From: Azolla caroliniana
Lineage: Eukaryota > Plantae > Polypodiophyta
Reading direction: 5' to 3'
DNA: 64,000 bases
Assembly: GCA_043228905.1 (NCBI GenBank)
Contig: JBHGNT010000012.1
Coordinates: forward strand, 2,666,001 to 2,730,000
The stretch's first letter is position 1, and every line of letters starts with the position of its first letter. Made by a program: the position numbers and the translations under genes. Below, in pieces: positions 13,541 through 23,655 of this stretch. The notes under the pieces are model-generated. The model saw nothing but the letters and a program-made list of their open reading frames with translations. It ran no database searches and was not told where the DNA came from.

Positions 13541-14410
13541 CTATTTGCTTACATTTCCATCTTTAGGCACATCCTTAACCTTGTTTTTCAATCTTTCTTC
13601 ATATGCTTTACGACGAGCATTTTGTTGTGAGATAGTACGATCTTCACTCACAAAGCATTGTGTACCTTTGAGGTATACCCAACTATTTTCGAGTATGATC
13701 CGCCGCTTTGTATCATCTGTCATTGTGCATACAATAGGCCTTTCTCTGGAGCGACTAACACAATGTTTCCCAACTCGATGTGCCCCATATACATTCACAT
13801 TTGACATCCCATAATGCATGCTAAAAAATTCACCAATGGCCTTTCCAAGGGATGCGGGTGTTTCCATACTCTCTTCTTTAATCCCACGGACGACAATGTT
13901 CTTTCATCGTCATTCACGTTCTTTCAATTCTCGGACATCTATGCTTTTTATATTCTTCTCTTGATGCATCAAATGCATATTAGATGAGTTTGATAGCACA
14001 TCCCCACCACATACATCGACCCATGGCTTCGTTGTACATACATTTTTCATCTCACTTACATCCCGCCTCATCGTGTCCAATTTTTCTTCTTTTAATGCTT
14101 CCTTTAACTCAATCTTGTTAAGGCGCTCATTTGTTTCAAAAGAAGCTCTTTTACATTCTTGAATCTCTTCTTGAAGTTTTGCAACCACTTGTTTAAGCCT
14201 TTCATTCTCAATGACAACACTTTGGAGCTTAGTATTCTCTTTCATTAACGTCCTAATCTCTTCACCTTGCTTGTTTATGGTTTCTTGAAGAGAAATCAAG
14301 TGACTCATAAGCATTTTGTCCATTGCATTAGAATCGAGATTTGTTGGTGATCTCGGCTCATTATCAATCATACCCTCAAACTTTGCGGCGGTTTTACGAG
14401 TATTTGCCAT
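13541..14410 (-). pseudogene. LINE ORF1 (coiled coil plus RRM-like region), frameshift near 13910
   Basis: Heptad-rich N-terminus, then NIVVRG..., AHRVG...RPIVCTM and VSEDRT motifs typical of LINE ORF1. Confidence 0.8.
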
Positions 14411-14634
14411 TGTAGGGACAAACCCTACGGGAAAAGAGAGACAGAGAGGGAAGGAGAGAGAATGTACCTTTCACTCGATTTAGGGCTTCAAAATCTACCT
14501 TCCGTTTGAGGAACCGCGGGGTAAAGATGGCTACGGATGAAAATGCTCATAACTTCTCGCCACGGTAACGGAATTCAGTAAATGAACATTCTTTAGAAAG
14601 CTCTCTCAAAGAGGTTTCCAACGAGCTATAGAAC

Positions 14635-14685
<51 letters not shown>

Positions 14686-14688
<3 letters not shown>

Positions 14689-14977
14689 GGGATTGTGTCA
14701 TAATTGGAACATGCGCAACGCTTTTGTATTCGATGGTAGACATGGAGTGAAAGAATATCTACGAAAGTTGAAGGGAGTACTAATGTGGCAATTTTATTTA
14801 TTGGAACAAGTGGAAATTCTTTCCTCGGTGGAGTGTTCATCTTGCCTATTGGCAATTCAACATGTTCCACTACCCATGTAGTGTAGTGTGGTCAGTGTGT
14901 GACCATACTCCATTGTCACACGTATTGTAAGTAGTGTTTTTCATACACATTTATTAATATAATTGTGTGTTTTCACC

Positions 14978-14981
<4 letters not shown>
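14686..14981 (+). mobile_element. Possible solo LTR (~296 bp) inserted in an (AG)n tract
   Basis: Begins TTGGGG, ends TTTTCACCAACA, and is flanked by (AG)n on both sides. The canonical 5' TG is not visible. Confidence 0.4.
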
Positions 14982-15015
<34 letters not shown>

Positions 15016-15053
15016 CTAAAAAGATTTTCTGTTTATTTCTCTCTCTCTTGGCG

Positions 15054-15460
15054 ATGGCGCACCAACAAAGCAGAGCAATGGAAGGACGGACTAGAGTCAA
15101 GACGCCGCAACCGATAATGCCAAAAAGAACAAAATCCAAGTGTCCAATACGAAGAAACCTCTGTTCTTCTATGTCAACCTAGCAAAGAGGTTTATGCAAC
15201 AATATGAGGAAGTGGAGTTGTTTGCACTAGGAATGGCCATTTCTACTATTGTGACTGTGGTGGAAATATTGAAGAACAATGGGCTAGTTATTGTGAAGAA
15301 GTTATACACATCAACCATTGACATAGGCAATGAGAGGCATGGGCAGATGGTACAAAAACCAAAGATGGAAATAACATTGAAGAAATCAGACAACTTTGAT
15401 GAGATCATGGCGGATGCGTCTCATGAGGAAAATGGGACTAATGATCAATATGAGCAATAG
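15054..15460 (+). pseudogene. ALBA: Intronless ALBA DNA/RNA-binding protein (short Rpp20-like type), probable processed pseudogene
   Basis: KKNKIQVSNTKKPLFFYVNLAKRFMQQYEEVELFALGMAISTIVTVVEILKNNGL...TSTIDI...VQKPKMEITLKKSDNFDEIMA. ATG at 15054 is one base out of frame, there is an in-frame TAG at 15092-15094, and there are no introns. Leader has (AG)n and a telobox AAACCCTAA. Confidence 0.88.
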
Positions 15461-15650
15461 ATTATTAGATACCTCTCACTTTTTCTTAGCTAATCCATTT
15501 TCTCACATTTCTCTCTACTACAGGTCTTTTAACCTTTCCTTATTTTCCTTTCAGAATGTTGTATAGACTAGATTTGTACTCTCCAACAGAAATTTTCTTG
15601 AAAGCCAAGTGGTTTTTTGTTTCTGTTCTTGTTTTCTTCTCTAGCATTAC

Positions 15651-15653
<3 letters not shown>

Positions 15654-15698
<45 letters not shown>

Positions 15699-17509
15699 AT
15701 TATCGTCTTCGGAGCTCAAATATGACTTATGAGACCAAAAAATATTACATTTCATGTGATACGTGTGAAAGTGAGTAGTGACTCTCGATGTTCAAGAACT
15801 TTACCAATGAATGTTGCAATCGAGAGTGCACATTGTGGTTGTGAGAGGAATTCATGCAAAGATTGGGCTTGGTCGAAGAGATGTGGAAAGCTGACAGGAA
15901 CTATACGCTCCCCTATGAACAACGCTTGGCCACAACCGAGCTTAGAATCAAACATAGAAAACAGGAATGAATGCACGACACAAAAGTGAGAGAAGAGTAC
16001 ACAGGATGTTTACGTGGAAAACCCAAACTAGGGAAAAACCACGGCAGCCCACAGGCTGCAAACTATCACTATGTTACAGTGTACAACAGTAAAGCACCGA
16101 GGCAACAACCTCGAGCTTTCTATCTTTGCCATAAGCGGCGGTTACAATAGAGGCAACGACCTCTTCCTCTCTCTCTCTCTCTCTGTACACAGTTACACAC
16201 TCTGATCTTGCGCAAACAAGAATAACAACACTACCATAAGTTTGCCCTAAGTGATATTTATACTAATATGACTTTCCGGCTATTTACAAATATAGCCCCA
16301 ATGGACTCTCAGAAAACATATTTACGAATATGTCTCTTCATCCGGTGAGCGCTCCTCACCGGGTCTGCACCATCCAGCTCTCTGTAGCCGGGTACTCCTC
16401 ATCCGGTTCTCACCGGGTCTGCAACATCCGGCTCTCCGTAGCCGGGTACTCCTCATCTGGTTTCAGCATCGGCCTATCAGCCTTGGCAGAGTTTGCTCAT
16501 CAGCACTATTCTTCTCCCTTCCCATCCAGAGGGACCTGTTTCCCAACAAAAGCATGGTCGAATATGATCAAAGGCAGAGCATTGTATCAAAAGTGTGATA
16601 CTCAAACTCGCGAACTTGTTTAGGGCAAAGTGTGCATAGTCGATCACTCTCATCACTTGTGCCCCAACGCCCTGTTTCACATCGCAATGCATGTGAGCTA
16701 AGTCGTATGGAAGCAATGGTTCGAATGGCAGATAACAGTATGGGCTCTAACATGTATCGATGTGTACGATTTCCCCGTTCTGCAAAGAATATGGTTTTGG
16801 AGTTAGGTGCAACATGTGTAGTATAATGTGTGAAGCGTGAGCCTCCACATTTGTCCCATGTCATGATACATTGGCAATGCAAGAAGGCCTCATTTACAGA
16901 CGAATCTAATGATGCATCATGAAGCAAGTGTCTCACATCCCATATACCAGATCATTTTTCTATATCTTGCATCCAACCGGAACACAAAATTTTGTTTTTA
17001 TGCGTCTTTTGGATCTTTTTGCTTGCTGCCCACGCAATTCTAGGAAGTCGATGTGAGGGACTTTTTTGAACCTTAAGCATGTATTCGACAACCCTTTCCA
17101 TGGCCATGATCTCTATGGGAAGCGATCCCGTCTCAAGGAGGAGGGTGTAGGGCGTTTGTTTCTTAACTTGTAGAAACTTGGTAAGAAAATGTTTTTGGAC
17201 ATTTTCAAACTCTTTCCACATAGATTTAGAGATGCTACCGCCCCATACTTCCACCCCATAGAGAAGAACCGGTATCACCAAAGTGTCAAAAAGATATTTC
17301 TTGAGGACCCAACACTTAATATCTCCAAGGTTGCATGTGTTCTCAAATGCATAGTATGCTCGCTTGCCCGCCTCTAAGCGGCATGTAGCACATTCATTCC
17401 ATCTATGATTTGAAGGAACTTCAAGGCCAAGATATTTGAAGCTTTCCACACATTCAAGTGGCTCATTGTTGTACATAATGCATGGTTTATCTCTTTTTTG
17501 GCTCTTCAC
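15654..17509 (-). mobile_element. 5'-truncated copy 2 of the same RTEX-like LINE
   Basis: Highly similar to 10102-11257. Same 3' terminus joined to (AG)n at 15654-15693; truncated at GCTCTTCAC (17509). Confidence 0.92.
15892..16548 (-). mobile_element. Solo LTR (copia-type) inside LINE copy 2
   Basis: TG...CA ends, perfect 5-bp TSD AAAGC (15887-15891, 16549-16553). The empty site is visible in LINE copy 1. Contains GGGTTTTCCACGTAAA on the minus strand and an internal ~54-bp tandem duplication. Confidence 0.9.
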
Positions 17510-18108
17510 TGTTCCTGAATCTATGAGTAGCAAGCAACCCGCAACACGCTTGGAGTAGGGAATCAGGATAGTGGGCAGAGAGCTTCTAGCAAGGAGCAAG
17601 GGAGCAACGAACAAAGAGGGCGAAAAGGGGAAAAGGGAAAGGAAGGTCTTAGGTGGGGATTGGGAAGCGGATATTCATAATTTAGAGAAACGTTAGTTTT
17701 CTTTACCTTTTTTTTACACAAACAATATAAAGTCCCAATGTAACCAGAATGTTAACATTGTTCCTAGGACTTTACCCAACACTAATGTACTATTGTATTG
17801 GTCTTAGCAAAATTTGATGGTATTAGCAAATTTTAAGCCTTCATTTTTACGTTTTCATAAAACATATGCCTATCAAGATTGATGGTTTCATTTTTAAATT
17901 AACCTTCATATACGATTAAATTTGCCAAAAACGATCAAAATGGCCGTCAAAAGGCAACACTGCCTCCGAGTGATCGCACTTTGGAACCCGTCAATAATGT
18001 TTATAATGCTCAAGCTCTTGTCAAATACTTCCATCGCCGTTATCCAAACAAACCGGGCCCTACGTTGTTAATGATGACTGCCATTCGTCGTTCTCGATGG
18101 GGAGATAG

Positions 18109-18518
18109 TGTCATGAATACATAAGCATCAATCAAGAACCTAACTATTAGGATAGCATATGATTATATAAAATAATAAAAGCTACTTCTTGTAATAGATT
18201 GATTATTGTAAATGTTCTGGAACATTCTAGAACATTCTAGAATATCCTAGAACATCTTAGAATATTTTAGGTCTAGAACATTCTAGAACATTATAGAAAT
18301 CACTAGGCTATTCTATAGGAACCTATAAATATGGACATACAATTCTTCTCAAATCAATTCGAATCAACACCAGTCTTAAGCTTTCGTCACCTTTCTTGCA
18401 TCCATCTTCATTATATCTTACTAATACATTCATTCTTCTCTTATCACTTCATTCCTCTCTTCTCGTGATCTCTTTACATCTTTCTTCTACCACTCTATCT
18501 TTTCTCTTGGTTCTGACA
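18109..18518 (+). repeat. 3' LTR of chromovirus A
   Basis: Starts TGTCATGA right after the PPT and ends TTCTGACA; TATAAA near 18324; CTAGAACATT repeats. Confidence 0.88.
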
Positions 18519-20283
18519 TTGGTTGGACAGATCGCCGACTAGGGGATGCAAGTTTGATTCATGCATCTTGGTTGCTACATCGAAGAAGAGGGGAAAGTCA
18601 TTGCGCAAAGGCACCGAGAAGGGAGAATGTTCATCCTCAACACCAATGAAGTCGAAACCACATTGTTTGTGAAAGGACAAAAGGTCGAGTTGGACATCGA
18701 CCTATGGCAGAAGCGGTTTGGCCATGTTAACTTCCCGTGGCCTCGTGAAATGCAGATGAAGAACATTGTTTTCAGATTGCCGAAATTTAGTGGCCGGAAC
18801 AGCCAAGTCTACGAAGCCTGCCAGCTCGGGAAGCAGCACCGACTTCCATTCCCCAACGAGCGTAATCAGAGTCAAAATCCGCTCGATGTGATCCATTCGG
18901 ATGTATGGGGACCGACACAGAACATGAGCATCGGAGGAAGTCATTACTTTGTAAGCTTCATCGATGACTTCACTCGACACACTTGGGCGTGCTTGATCGC
19001 GAAAAAGAGCGAAGCCTTCGCGTGTTTCCTGAAGGTGAAGAGCCTTGCGGAAAGGGAAACCGGGCGAAAGATCAAGTTTCTAAGGTCCGATCGCGGGAAG
19101 GAGTACTTCTTCGACTAGTTCTTGAGTTATCAACAGAATGAGGGAATTCAACGCGAATTCTTGTGTAGATACATGTTGCAACAAAACGGTATGGCCGAGA
19201 GGAAGAATTAGATGATAGAGGATGCAGCAAACACAATGCTTGAAGAGAAGCATCTGCCGAAGTTCTATTGGGTTGAAGTGATCAGAATTGTCGTCTACCT
19301 CTAGAATCGGGCATCTGCCAATGGAGGAGTGTCGCCACATGAGTTGTACTTCAAGAAGAACCCAAACTTGGCACACTTGGCACATGCACATACACGATAG
19401 CATCGTGTATGTGCATGTGCCGAAGGAGAAACGGAGGAAGTTGGACACCAAAGCCGAGAAGTGTATCTTGGTTGGCTACTTGGACGAACATAAGGGTTAT
19501 AAGTATTATAATCCCGAACCAAACAAGCTCGCATACGTCGTGATGACATTGTGTTCGACGAGTCCGCGTTGTGGTACTTGCCTTCGCCTCCAACCCCTGA
19601 CAACTCCATTCCAATCTCTGACGAAGAGGTCAGCGATGCTGAAATGCCTCAGGACGAAGGAGACATCAGAGCTCTTGAAGAGAGTTCGATCTTATTCAGG
19701 CTGCCGAATGAGCGACTGAGTCGGCATGACCAGTTAGACGCAGAGCCGACATGACCAGTTAGACTAACTCTTCAGTGCGCGTTGTTGGGGTAGTTGTGGT
19801 TTGTGTGGCGAAGTCGCGGGGACTAATGTTAAAAGGAGATGGCTATACAATTTATAAGGCTTGTGCAACAATGTTAGAAAGATTAAGGATAGGAAGAACA
19901 AGAGTTAGAAGTAATGTGCGAGAGACAGATGAGCATAGATAAGAGATAAGAGACAATGTATGATTTAAGAAGTGAAAATGTATTATAAGAACAAGCTTAT
20001 ATTAACAATACAATATTTTACCAAAGGTATAGTGTCGATCAAAAGATGCGGCTTTTCTTTTGTTGAACTCTAGATTTGAACCGTCGACTTCAACACCGAG
20101 AGACAAGACACTTCCCCAAATGAGCTAGCTTCTTTGCTTAATAAATTATTTGATTTCTTACTTTCTCTTCCTTGATTGATTACCCTATTTTCCCTTCCTT
20201 CATCCCTTAATTCCTTGCCTCTCTTTATAGGTTCTCTCATGCATATGATGATATGAGGGTGCATGGCATGCATGTAATGCATG

Positions 20284-20837
20284 CATAGTTCTAGCCATAC
20301 GTCCCATTCGTGTCATACTCAAACGCCAATATTCGTATCATACTCATACGTGAAAAGGCTCCAAGTATGATTGAAATCCATACGCAGTACATAGACATAT
20401 ACATATGGTGTATATGGTGTACATAGTGTGTGTGTGTGTGTGTGAGGGAGAGAGAGTGTGTGTGTGTGGTCTAGAGAGAGAAGCCCTGTTTTGCATGTGT
20501 GAGGAGACAGTGGTTGAGTGTATATCTAGACTCTAGAGAGAGAGAGAGAGAGGAGTAATGGGTTTTGTCTGTGTGAGGGAGTGTGTAATATGTATATTAG
20601 ATATCTAGATTTTGTAGAGAGAGAAGATCTGTCAGTTCTCGTGTGTGTGTGTGTGTGAGAGAGAGTGTGTGTGTGTGTGTCAGACATCACTTCTATTCAC
20701 AAAGAATTATGAACCTCAAAAATTAAAAAAACCCAAAAATTAAAAAAGCCAAACGAATATCGCGTATCATACGCGTACGTTTGCAAACGTTCGCATACGT
20801 CCAGTAAATTGGACGTACGCGAATATTAGGAACTATG
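20284..20837. mobile_element. Non-autonomous hAT element (MITE) in the 3' LTR of G
   Basis: Ends CATAGTTC / GAACTATG; 8-bp TSD AATGCATG/AATACATG; empty site present in the sister LTR near 34400; many ATACG subterminal motifs. Confidence 0.82.
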
Positions 20838-21074
20838 AATACATGTGATGCATGATCACCATTTCGCGCACATGTGTTACATGTGATGCACATACACATG
20901 CTCATCTAAGCTCTAATGTATGAAGATACACATGTCATAAGTATGATACTAAAAATATAACTATAGAAAATAATTTATCCTAATGGTATATACTTTGTCC
21001 TTAGTGTGTGAGGTTATGGGTTCAAGTTTTTCAAATGTTACTCAATACAATATTGAAGTTTATTTTTATATTTT

Positions 21075-22543
21075 TGAAAGGAAAGATAAGCTTTGGGACC
21101 ATTGTGTCCCTACCCATCAATGACCCTATTTAAAAATCCGACTCATAAGATGACATATCATGCTCACATGAGTTAATTCGTAATTCTTCTTTATTTCTAT
21201 CATGCTCCTACCTAACAATAAGAAATTGAACACTCCTTTTACCATTAGTACTCGGAATTCTAGCATATGGCGAGCCATCTTCAAGCACCTTCGTCTCCAT
21301 CCTAAAAGATGTGATATATGGTTGACCAAGAATCACTAGGTATGACGAGGTTTTTTAGGTAAAGAAATGTTGCTCCATTGGCACATCTCCAATGGTGACT
21401 TTGATGTTTGGGCAAGCTCCATGAAGTTGCTCGGTTGTTGAATTAGCTGATTTTACTCTTCACCCATGATTCGTTTCCATTGGCCATCCGCCTTTCCTAT
21501 AAATATCATAAGAAATTAGATTAATTTCTGAACCGTTGTCAATTAAGGCCACGACCAGATCTTCAAGTTTTTCAATCTTCACGGGTGTCTCAGTTGTTGC
21601 TCTTGCCCAATGTTTCTTAGCATAGTAGCTTTTTAGCTCTTTCGGCTTCTCTTCAAAAGTTGTCATTGCAATAGCTTGTGTACCAACAATGGAAGAGCTT
21701 GGTTCACCTTTGAGGACTTCCACACAATGAGTCCATCACTATTTCGGGTACCTTGGAAATAGTTGACGGACTCCCAGTATCCTCCCTGATGGTTGTCTTC
21801 ATTTCATCTTTCATACCTCTGGTAATCGAAAGATCCTCACACCATTGGGCTCTTTTGTTGATTTTGTTGCAAGCTTCATGTACTCGATTCCAATCAAACA
21901 CTAGTCTAGTGGGTGTAGTCCAGTCTTCAAAGAATGCAACTAATTTTTCTCGATAGGATCAGTTTGATGCCTTCAAGAATAATATGACCTTCTCTTGTTC
22001 CAAAAGAGTCCTTTCAGTCGTCATTAATTGATTATAACGAGCTTCAAACTCTTTCAACAACTCCATCACCGAAATCTTCTTGTCCTCTTTGTCCACCCAA
22101 TCCAAGAAAATCCTCCTTGATGCTCGGATTGTATCACCAATCATGTATTCATTTAATAAAGCTTGCTCAAATGCAACCCAATCATTAGAACTTGTTGTGA
22201 GTTCAGAGACTCTATTTCTCAAAGGGAGTTCAACCATCCTCACAAAATTCATTTGAACATCATGTTGATTTAATCCTTTACTACCCATCTCAGTAACATA
22301 TAGTTGTAAGAATTTAGTTATATTTTTACCTTCAAAGAGACCTATTTTCTCTACAAGCTTGTCAATAGCCTGATCGATTCGTTGAAGAGCAGTTGCACGT
22401 TCTTGGCTTTGCATAATTCTTTCAATCATTTGAAGCACCACGTTGATTTGTGGCTCCACAATGACTTCTTGGTTAATTCGTGGCTTCGAGACTGCTTGTT
22501 GGTTCTTGGTTGATTTGTTGGTTGTGAGGATTTGTTGGTTCAC
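21075..22543 (-). pseudogene. Ty3 gag-protease copy with an internal deletion
   Basis: GLFEGKNITKFLQLY gag start; HWARATTET; ALIDNGSEINLIS protease. About 850 bp are missing at ~21725 relative to the plus-strand copy. Confidence 0.85.
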
Positions 22544-22556
22544 ATCGGGTTCACCA
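22539..22556 (-). promoter_or_regulatory. Primer-binding site complementary to the tRNA-Trp 3' end
   Basis: Minus strand TGGTGAACCCGATGTGAA, 1 nt after the LTR end. Matches the plant cytosolic tRNA-Trp 3' end, as recalled, except one CpG transition. Confidence 0.8.
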
Positions 22557-22557
22557 C

Positions 22558-22970
22558 TGTTGCGTCGATCTCAGTGTAGGAGAGCAAACGAAAAGAAAAT
22601 CATGAATCCGGGAAGTAAGCACCGGGCTTCTCATCAAAGAAAGAGGAGAAACGGAAATAACTTGTATTGATATTTGAAGATGATTACAAAATATTTCTTG
22701 TACAGTAATATAGCTTGTCCCTCCTATTACAATAATATTCCTCGTCTCATGTTCTCCTCACTCTTTTCCCGTTCCCTCTTTAAATAGGTGTCGTCATGCA
22801 TATGATGCATGTGAGGGTAAAAGACATGCATATAATAAAAGAAATGACCTAGCCTAATGGTATGTACCTTGTGTTGGTATGTGAGGTTGTGGGTTCAAGT
22901 CTCTCAAATGTTATTTAATACAATATTTTTAAAGTTTATTTTTCTGTCATGAAGCAAATCCTTCATGACA
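22558..22970 (-). repeat. Internal third LTR of the G family, with PPT upstream and PBS downstream
   Basis: Starts TGTCATGAAGGATTTGCTTCATGACA (as at 36786); preceded by purine-rich GTGGGGGTTTAGG; ends ...CGCAACA before the PBS. Confidence 0.85.
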
Positions 22971-23099
22971 CCTAAACCCCCACATGCTCCTACTCATCGA
23001 GGCCTCACACTCTATATAACCTTTTACAAAGATTTGAATAAGCTCATATAAATTGGTAGAGGTTATTTTCTCATCATGGGATGGAAACGTCACGATATC

Positions 23100-23647
23100 C
23101 TCCCCCTCTAAACCTGCGCATCCTCTGGCATGCGCCAACGAATGTCTCCTTCTTCAACTTCATGGATGTCATATTCGTTGAGGAAGTTAGTGCTTTGATC
23201 TTCCCTTCTCTTGAATAGCTTAATTCACTTTCCTGCAATTGGTAACTTTAAAGCAACTCCATCAATTTCAGTTAGGAAATACGTTGCATTTTTATTCACT
23301 TGTCTAATGATATATGGCCCAAACCATCTTTTGGCAAATTTGCGAGTACTATGCTGGTCATCCAAGCTGTTGTCATAAACTATGACCCAATCACCTTCTT
23401 GGAGCTTTCTTGGTCGAAGGCAATAGGTTTTATCATATCTTTCTTTGTTCAGTAGTCGACATTGTTTCATCTTTTCCGTAGTTATTTGAACATCTTCATC
23501 CCTTCTTTCTAGTTGTCTTATTCTAAGAGAAAGCAAATCTTCTCGACTCATTTCATCTGCCCATGGCAAGGAAACCTAGGAAAATACCAATTGCTCTACT
23601 AGCATAATTGGCTTTTGACCAAGTATCAATTCTGATGGCATAAAGCC
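23100..23647 (-). pseudogene. Ty3 integrase C-terminal fragment
   Basis: GFMPSELILGQKP; GDWVIVYDNSL; KFAKRWFGPYII. Confidence 0.85.
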
Positions 23648-23655
23648 AGGTACGG

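Larger units (their letters stand above)
10073..14636 (-). mobile_element. Near full-length non-LTR retrotransposon (APE-RT LINE, RTEX-like), copy 1
   Basis: ORF1 plus ORF2 with APE, RT and a C-terminal Cys/His motif. The 3' end ...GACGATAATATAAT runs into a CTAT/CT microsatellite tail, and the 5' end abuts (AG)n at 14637-14685. Confidence 0.88.
1069..17962 (-). mobile_element. hAT DNA transposon, 16.9 kb including nested insertions
   Basis: TIRs CAATGTTGCCTTTTGACGGC (1069-1088) and GCCGTCAAAAGGCAACACTG (17943-17962), 1 mismatch in 20. Perfect 8-bp TSD CCTCCGAG (1061-1068, 17963-17970). Carries an internal hAT transposase. Confidence 0.95.
513..18518 (+). mobile_element. Ty3/gypsy chromovirus A (Tcn1/Tf1-like), 3' part, split by the hAT insertion
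   Basis: Integrase C-terminus, GPY/F motif and chromodomain at 515-1068 (EYEVAAILDSKIVRNKLYYLVDWVGYPPS) resume after the hAT TSD at 17971 (DRT, frameshift, WEPVNNVYNAQALVKYFHRRYPNKPGP). They are followed by PPT GGGGAGATAG and an LTR TGTCA...TGACA. Confidence 0.9.

Noticed and set aside
14425-14467. GT-AG intron in the LINE 5' UTR
   Set aside because: Good-looking donor, pyrimidine tract and acceptor, but only 43 nt long, below the usual plant minimum.
22850-22910. tRNA-like modules as genuine tRNA genes
   Set aside because: A and B boxes are present, but no convincing acceptor or anticodon stems could be folded, and all copies lie inside LTRs.
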